Source: Takakia lepidozioides
Lineage: Eukaryota; Plantae; Bryophyta
Length of the DNA stretch: 64,000 bases
Direction: 5' to 3'
Assembly (NCBI GenBank): GCA_030704615.1
Contig: CM060731.1
Location: forward strand, 59,954,001 to 60,018,000
Part shown: in pieces, positions 62,730-64,000 of the stretch
Numbering within the stretch: position 1 is the first letter of the stretch
Layout of the letters: every line of letters starts with the position of its first letter
Made by a program: the position numbers and the translations under genes
The notes under the pieces: generated by a model
What the model saw: only the letters and a program-made list of their open reading frames with translations
The model's database searches: none
Told to the model about the DNA's origin: nothing

Positions 62730-64000
62730 GAAGCGACCGCCAACTTGGCGGTCGCTCGATTTTCCGGAAAATAAAAAAATAAGCGACCGCCAGAACAAGC
62801 GGTCGCTCCATTTTTCCAAAAAAAACAAAAAAAACAAAAAAAAAAACAATTGACCGCTAGACAGGGCGGTCGCACCATTTTCCGGAAATAAAATAAATAA
62901 ACGACCGCCAACATAGGCGGTCGCTTCATTTTCAAAAACTTTAAAATAAATAAGCGACCGTCAACATAGGCGGACGCTTCATTTTCAAAATTTAAAAAAA
63001 AAAAAAACGACCGCCAACATGGGCGGTCGCTTCATTTTCAAAACATTTAAAAAAATTAAGCGACCACCAACATAGGCGGTCGCATCATTTTCAAAAACTT
63101 TAAAATAAATAAGGGACCGCCAACATAGGCAGTCGCTTCATTTTCAAAAACTTTAAAAAAAATAAGCGACCGCCAACATAGGCGGTCGCTTCATTTTCAA
63201 AACATTTCAAAAAAATAGGCGACCGCCAACATAGGCAGTCGCTTCATTTTCAAAAACTTTAAAAAAAATAAGCGACCGCCAACATAGGCGGTCCCTTCAT
63301 TATCAAAACATTTAAAAAAAAATAAGCGACAGCCAACATAGGCGGTCACTTCATTTTCAAAAACTTAAAAAAAAATAAGCGACCGCCAACATAGGCGGTT
63401 GCTTCATTTTTAAAAAAAAATTAAAAACAATAAGCGACCGCCAGCATAGGCGGTCGCTTCATTTTCAAAACATTTCAAAAAAAAAACGACCGCCAACATA
63501 GGCGGTCGCTTCATTTTCAAAAACTTTAAAATAAATAAGCGACCGCCAACATAGGCGGTCGCTTCATTTTAAAAAAAACTTAAAATAAATAAGCGACTGC
63601 CAGCATAGGCGTTCGCTTCATTTTCAAAACATTTAAAATAAATAAGCGACCGCCAACATAGGCGGTCGCTTCATTTTTTAAAACTTAAAATAAATAAGCG
63701 ACTGCCAGCATAGGCGGTCGCTTCATTTTCAAAACATTTAAAATAAATAAGCGACCGCCAACATAGGCGGTCGCTTCATTTTCAAAAGCTTTATAATAAA
63801 TAAGCGACCGTCAACATAGGCGGTCGCTTTATTTTCAAAAAATTAAAATAAAAACGACCGCCAGCACTAGCTGTCGCTTGATTTTCAAAACAATTAAAAT
63901 AGAAGCGACCGCCAGTCATGGCGGTCGCTTGATTTTCAAAAACATTTAAATTAAAGCGTATGTCAGTAATGGCGGTCGCTTCATTTTCATTTTCAAAACA
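62730..64000. repeat. Array of about 24 palindromic ~53-bp units, running off the window
   Basis: aagcgaccgcc-aacata-ggcggtcgctt plus the linker cattttcaaaaactttaaaataaat. Inverted relative to the 58085-58410 array. Confidence 0.95.

Noticed and set aside
62730-64000. CRISPR array
   Set aside because: The repeats are palindromic, but the linkers are near-identical A/T tracts rather than unique spacers. There are no cas genes and the context is eukaryotic.

Overview
Eukaryotic nuclear DNA from a land plant, probably a non-seed, bryophyte-grade lineage. This is inferred from the gene and transposon content; the species cannot be determined from the sequence. The left half (1-33.5 kb) is a gene-rich, repeatedly duplicated and rearranged locus. 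It holds two long PLS-E-DYW pentatricopeptide-repeat RNA-editing genes (1117-3309 +, 5' end decayed; 6776-9085 -, ending EYW) with a frameshifted LHC-motif gene between them. These are followed by two tandem copies of a chimeric [RUS2 gene + DYW-PPR + 3' flank] unit. Copy A keeps the 5' exons of RUS2 but lost its 3' end through an inversion-plus-deletion that fuses it to a DYW tail. Copy B lost its promoter and ATG, carries a 4.4-kb APE-RT-CCHC LINE with a 17-bp target-site duplication in intron 3, keeps the 3' exons, and is followed by a PPR pseudogene. The right half (33.5-64 kb) is repeat-rich: AT-rich dispersed repeats, a ~80-bp TSD-flanked structured retroposon, a CACTA-like element containing a MITE, degenerate cargo ORFs, and a truncated Ty3/Gypsy element whose integrase carries a PHD finger. 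The window ends in an unclassified element with a terminal hairpin and two inverted arrays of ~50-53-bp palindromic repeats that bracket a protein-kinase pseudogene. No rRNA, tRNA or CRISPR array was found. All family assignments come from motifs recognised by eye, not from database searches.
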